IMG/VR virus record: IMGVR_UViG_3300025132_007963
Coordinates: 64,001-128,000 of that record
Length of the DNA stretch: 64,000 nucleotides
From: a virus
Strand: one strand, 5' to 3'
The notes under the pieces were generated by a model, which was given only the letters and a program-made list of their open reading frames with translations, was not told the DNA's origin and searched no databases. This document shows, piece by piece, positions 36,896-48,189 of this stretch. Each line of letters begins with the position of its first letter. Position 1 is the stretch's first letter. The translations under genes were made by a program, and so were the position numbers.

Positions 36896-37900
36896 TTATC
36901 CTGATTTTTTCACAAATCGAATAGGCACATCAATTGAGTACCCTGTAGTCGCTGCTGTCACTCTGACATGAGTATCAATATGTAAAAGTGTTACACTAGA
37001 TCTAAAGCCATCCATATTAGTAGATGTGGTTGTTAAAGTAGATCCCAATTTTTCAAATAGAAAAGTTGATGTTGCTAATGTTGCACTGGGTACAATTGTA
37101 AACTGTACGATATTACCACGTGGACCTCGGATCCTATGTTGTGTTTTTACATTTGACCCGTCTTGGGTTCCATCACCTCTTCTGTTATCCAAGGGGCCAG
37201 TTACAATATCTCCGCCGGCGCCAGCGTTATTATTGATATAGTATGATGCAACTTGATCATCATCGATAAAAGAAACTGGCAACACTGTTCCATTAATACT
37301 GGCTATTTGCCCTAGTCTATCATCCATTTCCATAATAAATATATTTTCTGAAAGGTCGGATGGTAAGCCAACGGAAGGTGGTATTCTCAGTGTGTCTAGG
37401 CCAGTTTCCAATACAATTCTAGCTGATTCGTTATTAGTTGGACTAGTGCCCTTAATTATACCCTTGCCTCTTATAGTGGTGGCAATAAGGCTGTCGGTTG
37501 TATCTTCTGTGTTTGTATCACAGGTAATTACATACATTCCTGTATTGGAGTGAATAACTGACCTTTGTGAAACTTCAGCAGTTGATGTTCCTTGGTATCC
37601 ACCGTTGTGCAAACGTGTAACTGGTAAATAGAGGATATTGGTTCTCGTTAAAGTCAATAATTTAGATTTCATCATTGAAGTGTTGTTTGTAAACGCCTCT
37701 AGTAAAGGAGTTTTAAATATTTCTAAATCATAATATGCAGAACCACTTGGATGCGCTCTGTTATAAAGAGAATAATCTATCTCATCATCACCCAAAGCAA
37801 ACTTAGATATTCTAAAGTCTCCTCTAGCCATTCTAAATCTACCCGTGTCGGTTAAAACCGCATCTAAAATAATGTCGCCCGAATTGTCAAGAAATGCCAT
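36896..37900 (-). CDS. Baseplate/tail structural protein (334 aa)
   Basis: N-terminal IILDAVLTDTGR...GDFRISKFALGDDEIDY, resembling tail-fibre/tail-collar N-termini. Confidence 0.65.
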   Translation of the reverse strand: MAFLDNSGDIILDAVLTDTGRFRMARGDFRISKFALGDDEIDYSLYNRAHPSGSAYYDLEIFKTPLLEAFTNNTSMMKSKLLTLTRTNILYLPVTRLHNGGYQGTSTAEVSQRSVIHSNTGMYVITCDTNTEDTTDSLIATTIRGKGIIKGTSPTNNESARIVLETGLDTLRIPPSVGLPSDLSENIFIMEMDDRLGQIASINGTVLPVSFIDDDQVASYYINNNAGAGGDIVTGPLDNRRGDGTQDGSNVKTQHRIRGPRGNIVQFTIVPSATLATSTFLFEKLGSTLTTTSTNMDGFRSSVTLLHIDTHVRVTAATTGYSIDVPIRFVKKSG

Positions 37901-37929
37901 AACTAACTATACTCCGCACTTTTTAATAT

Positions 37930-37937
37930 TAATTAGT
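37930..37937 (-). promoter_or_regulatory. Putative late promoter ACTAATTA
   Basis: 30 nt upstream of ATG 37900. Confidence 0.55.
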
Positions 37938-37983
37938 ATTCAAATTCAATAAAATCTCTGATTTATTTATGTAATCTTTTTTA

Positions 37984-40900
37984 TTAATCATACTCTTCTA
38001 TCACACCATCACCATTTATTTTATTATACTTTTTACTAAATGTTAAATTTAAATCTAATTGTTTTCCTGTTGATTTTGATTTAATTCTTATTTTCAATTT
38101 TTTACCCCAGACTTTATTAGTTGCAATACCCGGAGTAAATTCATTTTTGGTCTCCCAATCATCTAAAGTGTTACTCTCATTTAGATCAATTATTTTTTGA
38201 ATAAATGATGGCTTTAATTTTATATATTTTCTTAGTGGTTTTTCTGCTTGTCTAAAATCTTCTTTTGGTTCATACAGTTTAGTATTTAAATATACAGCGC
38301 CATACTCGTTAATAAGTTCTACTTCGTAAATGTGAGATGGATTTGACACATGGCCATGGACATCTTCACATCTAAAAGTGTAATAGTATTTTTTATTTGG
38401 TACAATATCATCTATAAAAGCTGCGGCTGTTGCGTCTTGTTGTTCTATTTTAGCAATTTTTTTACCATAAAAATCACTCCATGATTTAGGAGGTTTCGAA
38501 ACTCTAAAAACTTCAAAAATTTTCGATAAATCATCATTTTTAAATTCTAATAATGTAAAGCCACTATTCGAACTAGTGCCATCTAAATCAAAGTTTATAT
38601 CGTCTGGGTGTATTAATTGATTATATGCTGAAATAGTAAATTGAATTCTATCATCATCTTCCAAAATAATTGGCTTTGCAGTAAACTTACCGGTCATATC
38701 ATTTATATTAAACATGACTTTGTTATCTATCCCTCTGAAAGGAATTACATCTACATCAGGTGGCGTTGGAGGCTTGTCCAGTATTGCAATTGTTCGCACA
38801 GTGGTGGGCACCTCCATTATTTGAACAGATGGCCTAGTCATAACCGCAAAGGGCCAATGGAAGTGTGTATCTTTCTCATCTCCACCAATCTCAGTTGGTT
38901 TAAGTTTTTGAGGTAAAGATTTAAACACTTTCTTTGAAACTTCCACTTCTTGAAGCCCAAGAAAATGATCATAAAATTCTTCCTCTCTAACTTGTACTCT
39001 TTCTTGGCCCAGTAACCCTACTCTACTCGCTTCTTCAACTGTTAAGTTTGGATCTGTAGAGAATGTTCTGGTTTCAAACGTTGTCCTAAAGCCTGCACTT
39101 CTTCTTTCTGTACCTAGATTTTCGAGGGCTGTTTGGGTTTCGGTTGTATAAGTTACCATGTTTATATCATTAAATTGCCTATCTATCTTAGCCCAATCAT
39201 CGAATTGTGCAGCTTCTTCATCCTCCATAAGGTCGATATAAGCGTATTCAGTTCCAATAATTGCACACACTGTTGAGATAACATATTTATAAACTATGCC
39301 GTACTTCACTTGTGAATCGCAATACTTAATTAAATCTATGTTATCATCAAGACTTAGATAGTAAGTTTGTACCGGTTTCGATCTATTTGCTAGATCAAAT
39401 TCTGATAGGCCCGGAATACTTGATGGCGAGTTTTCTAAAGCTTCTCTCTGCTCAGTGCTTAAGTTTGATAGAAACTCAGTATCTACATACTTTTCAATTT
39501 TATATCCAATTGGTTCATTGTGAGCCGTTTTCCCAGCCATGATATCACTATAAGTTCTCTGTGTTGTGTTTATGATCTTTTTGATATTACTAATAAAAGT
39601 TTGTTTAGAAAATATAGAGGTAACTTTTTCAAAGCCATTTTCTGTGATATCACTTTCGGGCATACCAATACCAGAGTCTATATATATAAGCCACTCTTCT
39701 AGAGACATTGTTGGGATCGACGTTTTTATGGCTTCTGTGAATTTCATAAGATCATCGGGTGCACGATACTTTGATTTTGGTTCTCGCTTTTGTGATGTTG
39801 GGGTTTGATCTTTTTTATAAACAGGTAACACAGATTGTTCGCCAAACAAATGTTGGTCAATAACATAAAAATCTTTATCCTCTACAAGACGTCTGGGCAC
39901 TTCTTTGTTTTTTATGGTTTGAAATGCTGTTAAATATTCTGCAGATAATGATTCCAATGGATTTCCGATAATGTTTACTAAATTCTCTAAGTCTTCTAGG
40001 GAATATCCGTTAGGGCCAGGGGGTCCAATATCAGTGCTATTAGATATAGTATTAGAAAAAAACGGCTCATTTGGATTTGATTTCTTAAAGGATATCCCAG
40101 CATAAGCAGCTTCCGCGAGTTTCATATTTCTTTCAAAATATATTTGTGCTTGTTCAGCACTCTCATAACCAATACCAAAATTTTGAACCGCACCTAATCT
40201 ACTAAATTTTCTTGCCATATCCTCTTTTACTGGTCTTGTAAAACTTTCTCTTATAAGAATTCTTCCATTTTTAACACTATCTGGAGAAGTCCTGGTGAAG
40301 GATACTCCATCACTGTATAAATTTTGTTTATAAAAGGGATAAAATATGTTACTTGTATCTATTTTACCAGCAATATTAAACAAACTACCTAGACCGTGAG
40401 TTTGTCTTGAGCCTAATTCAAACTCAACAAACATTGGCAGCAATATTCTTTCTTTATATGCAGATTTAAAATGATCTGAATTTGGATTTGTGAAAAAACA
40501 TACATTGTCAAACGCTTTAAGGCGATCAACAGTTACTACTTTGTTTCCCCGAATTGGGCCTAGGCGGATATGTCTGGGGAATCGCGGCTTGGGCTGTAAA
40601 AAGTCTTCTTGTCTAAACCTACAATTGAAAACATCCATTATTTCGCTATTTATTAATCCATACTCTGTTTTAAATCTCTGCAATTGAAAATCAGAATCGT
40701 AATATTCTTCCATATTTTCGATGTCTTGTTTTGTTATAAGTCGATCAGGTCTAAAAATAAAATGATTAGGTAACTGATGATGTGGATAATTTTGACCCTC
40801 TGTGTTTAATTGAGTTAACGTTTCGTACAATTCATCAAAAAAATTGTAAACGGGCTTGATCACATTATAGTGCATCGGTTTAATATTAAGTGCATCCATT

Positions 40901-42999
40901 TCTTGTTGCGAATATGGTAATTCTATATTTGTAACATGGTCGAAAAAAGTTCTAGCTCCAATGGTTGGTGCACGAAAATTTTTATAGAGCGAATCAGAAT
41001 CTGTACTTCCATTTGAAATATTGCGGTTATAATCAGTGTTAGATGGAAACACTCTCCTACCAGAACTAATAAGCCTTTCTGCCTCATCAGTTCTCAAATT
41101 TGTAAGTAACGCTAATTCAAGTCCTGTATCTAATTCATAAAATGGAAACACAGGTGTCATGTTATAATTGTTAAAACCACCAAAAGATAGGTCTTCCTCA
41201 TCACCGATATCCGTGGGCAAAACAAAAGAAAATCCATATTTTTCACCAGAACTATAACCAGCGTTTGTTCCTCTGTAATATGGCTGACCTCGTTCGGGCT
41301 GAAACCATCGTTTTAAAGGCACTGTAGTCGGACCTAAATTAACTGGAGTTGGGCTTCCGGCTAGATCAGAATCATAATGCTTGCTAATTGGTACTCTTAT
41401 TTCTGAAACGGCCATTTCGTCAATTAGTTGTACAAATTGTTGTAGACCGGATGGTCTAACTACTGGACGTTTACCGGTGGCTAATCGTCCTCGGCTATTT
41501 TCGAATACCTCTGGCTCAGCCAATTCATCATACCTACGAAGAAATTCTTCTGCTTTTGCAACATCTCCGGGTGATATATTTTTAGCAATAACAGCTGTCA
41601 GTAAATCTTTTAATCTTGCTATATTTTTTTGCCAGACATGATCCTTTTCAGATCGTGCGCTGACAAGGTAGCCGTAAAAATAATCAATCCAATTAAATTT
41701 TGATCCCTCCATATCAGCGATTGAGTTCCAGGAAAAAGGTCGATGGATCCTAGGGTGCGGTATTCTTAAGCAGAAAACTTCCTTTCTCCATTCTGTAATT
41801 CCTGGATCTGTATAACTGCTTAGAGCCCTAGGGTTATTTTGTATGTGTGCACGTGCAAATTTTGCCACACTTCCACGCATACGATCTCTCAAGTGGTTAG
41901 TAAATCCCTGTACTTTATTTTTTACAAAATCATCAATTTTAACTTTTGACGCACCGCGAGCAAATGCATTTTGTTCTAAACTTGGATCAATAGTTAATGT
42001 ATCCCCCATGGCAGTTTTAGATATAAATTCTGTCATCTTATCGTGAAGCATTCTATCTAGATTGTTAGACATTTTATCTAATGGTAAAATCATAACATCA
42101 CTCTTTCTATCGCCATCGCCTCTATGTTCACGTGGCCCTGCTATAAAGTTGCTAGGATTGTGAAAACTAAAATATTGTGTTTCTTTTTTATATTGGTCCC
42201 TAGCCCTATATTGACTAGGTAGTTTTGCCTCTGGGTCTAAATAACTCGCATCTGTAAATGAATTGTCATTTGAATTAGGGTTCTTGTTATTGTATATCTT
42301 TGTATTAGTTGTGCCGTTCGGTCCATCGCCGTCTAAAAGCACCCAGTATTTGCCACTAAAATATCGAAACGTATCATGTATTTGTCCATTTTTAGGAATT
42401 GATGTTGGAACTGAAAAATAATTTGGGTGAGGATTAATAAGGTCTGGCGGAACTGGAACCTTATTTATTTGTTGACCAGTTCCGGCTCCTGCAAAAGGCT
42501 CGCCGTCCCATGCACGCGTGCACAACAAAAGGCCATCATCTATAATCCACTTTGACTTATCGGCAGTCTGCGATACAGATGGCCCATATGTGGATGGGCC
42601 TGATAGGTCAAAATCAATATTTCTTTTAAAATCAACGTTTAGTGGCTCTGGCATCGGAGGTATATCTTCATTTACCTGTGATCCGTTGATTATATCTTCT
42701 TCAAAACTTAGCTGTTCATCACTATTGTTAGCATTGGCTGCTGTTTGTGTTTGTCCTATCGGGGACGCGTTAGCCCTTGCTCTTAGAGCAGCTAAGTCGG
42801 CTTGAAAAAGAGCATCTCCAGTATTATTGATCGTGCCGGATTCATTGTTTATAATTTCCAAATCGTTTTGAGTTAGATTAGGAAAATCATTTCTATTTTT
42901 AACACCCGCAATAATCTGAGCTACGGCATCAGGATTGTCCGCGCCTGGATACTGTGAAGCATTCGGACTAAATGGGGTTATATCGCATGGGCCAGCCAT
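37984..42999 (-). CDS. Large hypothetical virion protein (1671 aa) with C-terminal FN3-like segment
   Basis: ORF track; SD GAGGAG; IVPNKKYYYTFRCEDVHGHVSNPS resembles an FN3 C-terminal strand pattern. Confidence 0.7.
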   Translation of the reverse strand: MAGPCDITPFSPNASQYPGADNPDAVAQIIAGVKNRNDFPNLTQNDLEIINNESGTINNTGDALFQADLAALRARANASPIGQTQTAANANNSDEQLSFEEDIINGSQVNEDIPPMPEPLNVDFKRNIDFDLSGPSTYGPSVSQTADKSKWIIDDGLLLCTRAWDGEPFAGAGTGQQINKVPVPPDLINPHPNYFSVPTSIPKNGQIHDTFRYFSGKYWVLLDGDGPNGTTNTKIYNNKNPNSNDNSFTDASYLDPEAKLPSQYRARDQYKKETQYFSFHNPSNFIAGPREHRGDGDRKSDVMILPLDKMSNNLDRMLHDKMTEFISKTAMGDTLTIDPSLEQNAFARGASKVKIDDFVKNKVQGFTNHLRDRMRGSVAKFARAHIQNNPRALSSYTDPGITEWRKEVFCLRIPHPRIHRPFSWNSIADMEGSKFNWIDYFYGYLVSARSEKDHVWQKNIARLKDLLTAVIAKNISPGDVAKAEEFLRRYDELAEPEVFENSRGRLATGKRPVVRPSGLQQFVQLIDEMAVSEIRVPISKHYDSDLAGSPTPVNLGPTTVPLKRWFQPERGQPYYRGTNAGYSSGEKYGFSFVLPTDIGDEEDLSFGGFNNYNMTPVFPFYELDTGLELALLTNLRTDEAERLISSGRRVFPSNTDYNRNISNGSTDSDSLYKNFRAPTIGARTFFDHVTNIELPYSQQEMDALNIKPMHYNVIKPVYNFFDELYETLTQLNTEGQNYPHHQLPNHFIFRPDRLITKQDIENMEEYYDSDFQLQRFKTEYGLINSEIMDVFNCRFRQEDFLQPKPRFPRHIRLGPIRGNKVVTVDRLKAFDNVCFFTNPNSDHFKSAYKERILLPMFVEFELGSRQTHGLGSLFNIAGKIDTSNIFYPFYKQNLYSDGVSFTRTSPDSVKNGRILIRESFTRPVKEDMARKFSRLGAVQNFGIGYESAEQAQIYFERNMKLAEAAYAGISFKKSNPNEPFFSNTISNSTDIGPPGPNGYSLEDLENLVNIIGNPLESLSAEYLTAFQTIKNKEVPRRLVEDKDFYVIDQHLFGEQSVLPVYKKDQTPTSQKREPKSKYRAPDDLMKFTEAIKTSIPTMSLEEWLIYIDSGIGMPESDITENGFEKVTSIFSKQTFISNIKKIINTTQRTYSDIMAGKTAHNEPIGYKIEKYVDTEFLSNLSTEQREALENSPSSIPGLSEFDLANRSKPVQTYYLSLDDNIDLIKYCDSQVKYGIVYKYVISTVCAIIGTEYAYIDLMEDEEAAQFDDWAKIDRQFNDINMVTYTTETQTALENLGTERRSAGFRTTFETRTFSTDPNLTVEEASRVGLLGQERVQVREEEFYDHFLGLQEVEVSKKVFKSLPQKLKPTEIGGDEKDTHFHWPFAVMTRPSVQIMEVPTTVRTIAILDKPPTPPDVDVIPFRGIDNKVMFNINDMTGKFTAKPIILEDDDRIQFTISAYNQLIHPDDINFDLDGTSSNSGFTLLEFKNDDLSKIFEVFRVSKPPKSWSDFYGKKIAKIEQQDATAAAFIDDIVPNKKYYYTFRCEDVHGHVSNPSHIYEVELINEYGAVYLNTKLYEPKEDFRQAEKPLRKYIKLKPSFIQKIIDLNESNTLDDWETKNEFTPGIATNKVWGKKLKIRIKSKSTGKQLDLNLTFSKKYNKINGDGVIEEYD

Positions 43000-43020
43000 A
43001 TTATATATAGACTCCTCTCA

Positions 43021-46000
43021 TTAATTTCCTGCTGGTCCTAGCACAGAAGTTGCTATAGTTTCATTGGTTCGATCAATACCTCCACGTGCGTTGTTGTTGG
43101 GTACCCATGAATTAATAAAAAGCTTAACAACATCTCGATAGCTACTGGTGCTAACGATTTGTCCACTTTCATCTCTTCTATATGATCTATCCTCAATTTG
43201 TGAAGTTGAAGGGATTATTTCATATTGTCGATATTGAAAATTAGGATTCTGATATTGTTGAAAACTATCCATAAGCTTAAGCGAATATGAAGTTAGCGAT
43301 TTCATTTCTTGTTCATAAATTGCTAATTCTGTATTATCTAATTCTCTTATTGATTTACGCCTTGACATGTCTGATGTTTTAAATTTAACTTCTCCTGTGC
43401 TATCTACTGATATACCAAAAGAAGATCCCACTGTTTCCATAATCATGTGAGCTGCCTGGTGGATCCACACATCAAAAACCGCACCGTTTGCAACGTCGTC
43501 AAACCTTCTTTGTAAATTAAGGCTTTGTTCAATACCGGGTAAGGTATCTCGGGATGGATCCCACAATCTCAACCTATACCTATTTACATCCGGACCACGA
43601 AAACCCTCTGCTATTTGTCCAAACCTATCAGCTCTATTGTAATCTCTACCTTCATCAAAACCACCTTCAAAATAACTTATATAAGATTTTACATTTACAA
43701 AACCAAGTTCTGGATGGATAACAAAGGGGCCATAATAAGGTGTTCCGGGTCTTCGAACAGCATCCTCTCTATTGCTAGATGCAGCCGTCGCTCCACCAAA
43801 CAAAGGCCCATCATAAACTAACATTCCTTTACTAACAAGAGGAATAAAATCACGAAATGTTGTATACTGCGATTCATCAAAATTTAAATTACGTGCTGCC
43901 ACGTCAACTGACGTATTTGTTTTTCTTGCTATTTCAAAAATTGTTCTTGATCTGTCGCTTCCCTCAATTATTAAATTTCTCCTTCTAGATAAATCAAGAA
44001 GCGCCTCTAACTGTAAAGGACTTAGTATTCCTTTTCGTGCAGCTTCGATAGAGTATTGCTGAGCCCCCGGTACGTTTGGGAACTGATCAAAGAGATTAAC
44101 TGATGTTCTTGTAGAAAATCGATTTCGAAATCTCAAATATCCCACATCAATCTTGGGGCTGTCTGCAAAATCTGATATATCTGCTTCACCATCAAAGCCT
44201 ACGTCACCCTCATGCAATACTTGCACCCTCACCGGTGTGTCTGCAGACGCGGCCACGCTCATTGCGAGACCTTCGGTTCCAGTGGCTGCTCTAACTACAC
44301 TAAAAGAACGTGCACGATATCTATTCAAATCAGCTACTCTTAGTCTTCTTACTCTTTCTTCAGGTGGTAATGGATTTTCAGTAATTTCAAAAAAATATTC
44401 TCTTGATGGAATGTTGTGATCTGAAACTATACCTATAGTTGGATTTACATATTTTTCTATTTTATAAAGACCTACGCCCAATCCGTCTAATGCTTGCTGC
44501 ATAGTAACTCTTCTGAATATAGGACTAGATGTATGCTTTTTACCTGATGTGCCTGTTTCTTTAAAACCTACAAACTTTTTTATAACTCCTATATTTCCAA
44601 ATATGGCGGGATTTATACATTTGAAATCTAGCCTGTTGCCATGAAATTTTGCTAGAGCATCAATATTTTGCTCAAAATTATTTGTAGTTAAATTGTTTGT
44701 GATATTTCTAGATAAATCGCCTACTTCTAATTGAGAAAAGTCACCATCAGTTTGTTGAATTAATCCCATAAATATTCTTATTTGCATTGGGTAAGCATCA
44801 AGCCTTGTTTTTATAAAACGACGGCCACTAGTATATCGCCCGCCACCAAATGGACCCTTTTCAGCTATACGTTTTTCCATTTGATTTTTTAAATCAGTAG
44901 TTATCGCGCCCAAAAGAGTTAATAAGTCAAAAGTTTTTTCTGTTTTTTCTCGACAAAATATCCTACTGATTGTATCTATGTTGGCCTCTCTTAAGACAAG
45001 TGAAGAATCAGCATCCACAGCTTCTGCTATTTCATCTTGATTTAAAGTAGGTTGATCATAAATTTCTCTAAATGTTGCTTCGCCCTTTTCTTTTCTACTT
45101 TGTATAAATTGCTTAGTGGCATCTTCTACTGATCGTAAAAACTGAGCGGTTGGAGCGGCGCCGACAGCAACTCCCGCATCTAGAGCAACTCTTCTAGAAT
45201 TTTTAATTGATGATGTGTTGACGCCATTGAATTCTAAAAATGCCATAATTTTATCAAAATTTTTACTTCTATCATTTCCAGTAAGCGCGGCTCTAAATAG
45301 CCTTTCTGCGTCAATATTTAGAGTTTGCTCTTCTATGCTTTTTATTTTTCTATTAAACCTATCAGAATCTCTAGAGACACCAGGAAGTGAAATTTTTACT
45401 GTGTCAAAAGTTAATGTGGCTGGAGATTGTTGACTAAGTGGTCCCTCAAATGCATTTGTGTTAGTGACACCAAACTTTTGCAATTCTTCCTGAAGTCTTT
45501 CCGTTAGTTGATCTGAACTGATAGCTGGAAAATTTGTTACCAACCCCCTCCCTTGAGATGAAAAATAACTCCCTATGCTATCTTTTATTTCAGAAGTCGA
45601 TACCTGGTTTTCTTCTGACTTGAACCATTTCTCAACCTCGATTATAGAGTTTCTTTTGCTTTTCATTCCCGCCAGTTCTTGATCTGTTGTTGTTTCGTTT
45701 AAAACTATATTATCGCCAACTATTTCTTCTATACCTCTCTCTAAAGAGAAATATGAATTTAATATTTCACCAATTTGTTCCGGAGTTGTGTTATCTGGAT
45801 TTAACAAGGAAATAAATCTATCAACCGTATTACTAACATGATTTTCTCCTTCAACTCTAAGATTTTGAGCACGCCAATCGTGAGACACAAATTCAGAATT
45901 AAATTCTTGCATTTGTGTTTTGAATTCTTCATTTAAAAAAAGTATGTTTGAAGCAATCGCATAATTTAAAGCTGGAACTATAAAAGAATCGTATTTTCTT

Positions 46001-48189
46001 TTTACATAATTTTTAAAACTATCAGTGAATTTTTCAGTCACGTGATTGTAGCTACCATTTTCTAGCGACGTTACCTTCCTCACTTCAGAATCAATAGCTG
46101 AAGCACGTGGCCCTGCTTCAAAATTTGAACCGCCGCCAGCGGGTATTAACGATTCGTAATAATAGTCCTCTATAACTCTTCGACCAGATTGCACCATGTT
46201 GTATAATACTTGAAAGAACTCTATCATTGGATCTACATACTTTAACTCTATACCATACTGATATACGCCATCTGTTATTCTGCTGATTGTTTCATCTCTA
46301 GCAACCAACACTCTATAGAAAGGAAAGCAAGGAATTCCTAAATTATTTAAAGGTAACGAAGTTTCATCGCCATCTGGTGTAACATACTGTTCACTAGATG
46401 GATCAAGATTACTAACGAAGCTTGTTCCGGAGTATGTCCAAGCTTGAAACATCTGATCTCGCCTTTCTGGGAAGTCTATATCGTTAATTGTGTTTCCTGC
46501 TCTATTTTCTTCAAACTGTTCAACCTGTGGTGGAATAGTCTGAACTAAAGTTCCGTAAACGCCACCGTCACTCATATCTGACCAAGAGGCATCAATTAGG
46601 TTTGATTGCCTAATTTTGCTTTTAAAGTCCATACCTGGAATGGCTTGTTCGCCTCCTTCGCAAACAACTTTAACTTTATCGTCAAAATAAAATCTTGTAG
46701 GCGAACCAAACTCATTTGCTTGGCTTGCCTCATCATAAACGCGACGTCGTAACAATTTAACAGATATAAGCTTTAAATTTCTTTTTGGATACAGTAGGGA
46801 AAAGTGTGCAAAACGAGGTAGTTTATCCCAAAGGTAACCAAGCCTTGAAAAATTTTTTAAAATTTGTTGTTGATCGATTGTAATATGAAGATTTACAACT
46901 CCTGATATTTTATCATGATTTACAATAAGTCCAATATTAGAAGATTTTGATTTTTGTAACTTTTCTCTTTTTAGAACTTCACGGGCAGTATTTATAAAAT
47001 TAGGAAATTTTTTAACAAGACTTTCAAATCTAGGATCAGTAAAGGGCGTTTCATCGCCAAAAGGTTCAGGAGCAGGCACATTGCTGATTTCTCTTTGAGA
47101 AACTGGTACGCCATCAGATAGCTGATCCATTAATACAATAGAACCTGGGTTGTTTACTTTATATTCCGTCCCTATGCCAAAATTCCTTCTGCCTATAAAA
47201 TCTTGTTGCGCTCTGCGATGGAATCTATTGTCTTGTATTTTTGTATTCATTACGGGCTTTACATATAGAGTATCATCTTGTGTATAGTTTTCTTTGCCTT
47301 CGTCATCAAGTGCTCCTAAAAAAGTAGAACCTTTTAAATATTGAGAAGGCAGATATGGAACACTAGCCCTGACAAATGTTCCTAAGTACGGAAGTCCAAG
47401 CCTATCAACAATAATTTCTGAACTTGTATTTAATTTTCCTTCTTTGAATACGGATACATATTCAATTTTACTTTTTATTTGATTTAAAAACTTTAAATCT
47501 TCTGGATCAAAACCTGTAATATCTGCATCACTGTTGAGGCTATAATCTATAAATAAAAACTGATATATTGATAGGTGCTCTTGATTGTTAAGAAATATTT
47601 TTTGTATATCTGATAAAACTGGAAGTCTATAATACTGGCCTTCGCTGTCTCTTTCTATATATTTTGTCCTAAACGTGTTTGCGTAGCGGCTTTGTATTTT
47701 ACCGTAATCAATTTCTATACCAGAATAATTTGTTCTTAGATTGGATAATCCTGTTGATATCGATACATCATCAGAAAAAGAATCGTTGTTTTTAACAAAA
47801 TAGTTCAACACCTGTTCGTCTGCCACGGCGTTTGTACAAATTATCGTCATATAATTTATACTATCCGATACACGCTTAATTACTTCACTATTTGAAGCAA
47901 AAACCCCCATTAGGTTTTCTCTGCTTTCTGCGTTTCCTATCTCTCCCAAGGCTTGCACAGTAGAAAGTTGTGCGTTTTGTCTATCGCCCCTTGTAGTTAA
48001 GCCCTCCTCGTCTACAAAGAAAAAAGAAGCACGATTTCCGGCAGTACTAGTTCTTTCTTTTATAAATGATTTAATTTTAAAAGTAAATCTTTTATCGTCA
48101 ATGCGATCCAATATCACAGAATCAACATAAAGTGGTGGTAATAAATTTTCTACTAACGATGTAGTTGCTTTTTTACCTAGTTTTTTCAT
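43021..48189 (-). CDS. Large hypothetical protein (1722 aa)
   Basis: ORF track; TAATG coupling to the upstream gene; no family recognised. Confidence 0.75.
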   Translation of the reverse strand: MKKLGKKATTSLVENLLPPLYVDSVILDRIDDKRFTFKIKSFIKERTSTAGNRASFFFVDEEGLTTRGDRQNAQLSTVQALGEIGNAESRENLMGVFASNSEVIKRVSDSINYMTIICTNAVADEQVLNYFVKNNDSFSDDVSISTGLSNLRTNYSGIEIDYGKIQSRYANTFRTKYIERDSEGQYYRLPVLSDIQKIFLNNQEHLSIYQFLFIDYSLNSDADITGFDPEDLKFLNQIKSKIEYVSVFKEGKLNTSSEIIVDRLGLPYLGTFVRASVPYLPSQYLKGSTFLGALDDEGKENYTQDDTLYVKPVMNTKIQDNRFHRRAQQDFIGRRNFGIGTEYKVNNPGSIVLMDQLSDGVPVSQREISNVPAPEPFGDETPFTDPRFESLVKKFPNFINTAREVLKREKLQKSKSSNIGLIVNHDKISGVVNLHITIDQQQILKNFSRLGYLWDKLPRFAHFSLLYPKRNLKLISVKLLRRRVYDEASQANEFGSPTRFYFDDKVKVVCEGGEQAIPGMDFKSKIRQSNLIDASWSDMSDGGVYGTLVQTIPPQVEQFEENRAGNTINDIDFPERRDQMFQAWTYSGTSFVSNLDPSSEQYVTPDGDETSLPLNNLGIPCFPFYRVLVARDETISRITDGVYQYGIELKYVDPMIEFFQVLYNMVQSGRRVIEDYYYESLIPAGGGSNFEAGPRASAIDSEVRKVTSLENGSYNHVTEKFTDSFKNYVKRKYDSFIVPALNYAIASNILFLNEEFKTQMQEFNSEFVSHDWRAQNLRVEGENHVSNTVDRFISLLNPDNTTPEQIGEILNSYFSLERGIEEIVGDNIVLNETTTDQELAGMKSKRNSIIEVEKWFKSEENQVSTSEIKDSIGSYFSSQGRGLVTNFPAISSDQLTERLQEELQKFGVTNTNAFEGPLSQQSPATLTFDTVKISLPGVSRDSDRFNRKIKSIEEQTLNIDAERLFRAALTGNDRSKNFDKIMAFLEFNGVNTSSIKNSRRVALDAGVAVGAAPTAQFLRSVEDATKQFIQSRKEKGEATFREIYDQPTLNQDEIAEAVDADSSLVLREANIDTISRIFCREKTEKTFDLLTLLGAITTDLKNQMEKRIAEKGPFGGGRYTSGRRFIKTRLDAYPMQIRIFMGLIQQTDGDFSQLEVGDLSRNITNNLTTNNFEQNIDALAKFHGNRLDFKCINPAIFGNIGVIKKFVGFKETGTSGKKHTSSPIFRRVTMQQALDGLGVGLYKIEKYVNPTIGIVSDHNIPSREYFFEITENPLPPEERVRRLRVADLNRYRARSFSVVRAATGTEGLAMSVAASADTPVRVQVLHEGDVGFDGEADISDFADSPKIDVGYLRFRNRFSTRTSVNLFDQFPNVPGAQQYSIEAARKGILSPLQLEALLDLSRRRNLIIEGSDRSRTIFEIARKTNTSVDVAARNLNFDESQYTTFRDFIPLVSKGMLVYDGPLFGGATAASSNREDAVRRPGTPYYGPFVIHPELGFVNVKSYISYFEGGFDEGRDYNRADRFGQIAEGFRGPDVNRYRLRLWDPSRDTLPGIEQSLNLQRRFDDVANGAVFDVWIHQAAHMIMETVGSSFGISVDSTGEVKFKTSDMSRRKSIRELDNTELAIYEQEMKSLTSYSLKLMDSFQQYQNPNFQYRQYEIIPSTSQIEDRSYRRDESGQIVSTSSYRDVVKLFINSWVPNNNARGGIDRTNETIATSVLGPAGN

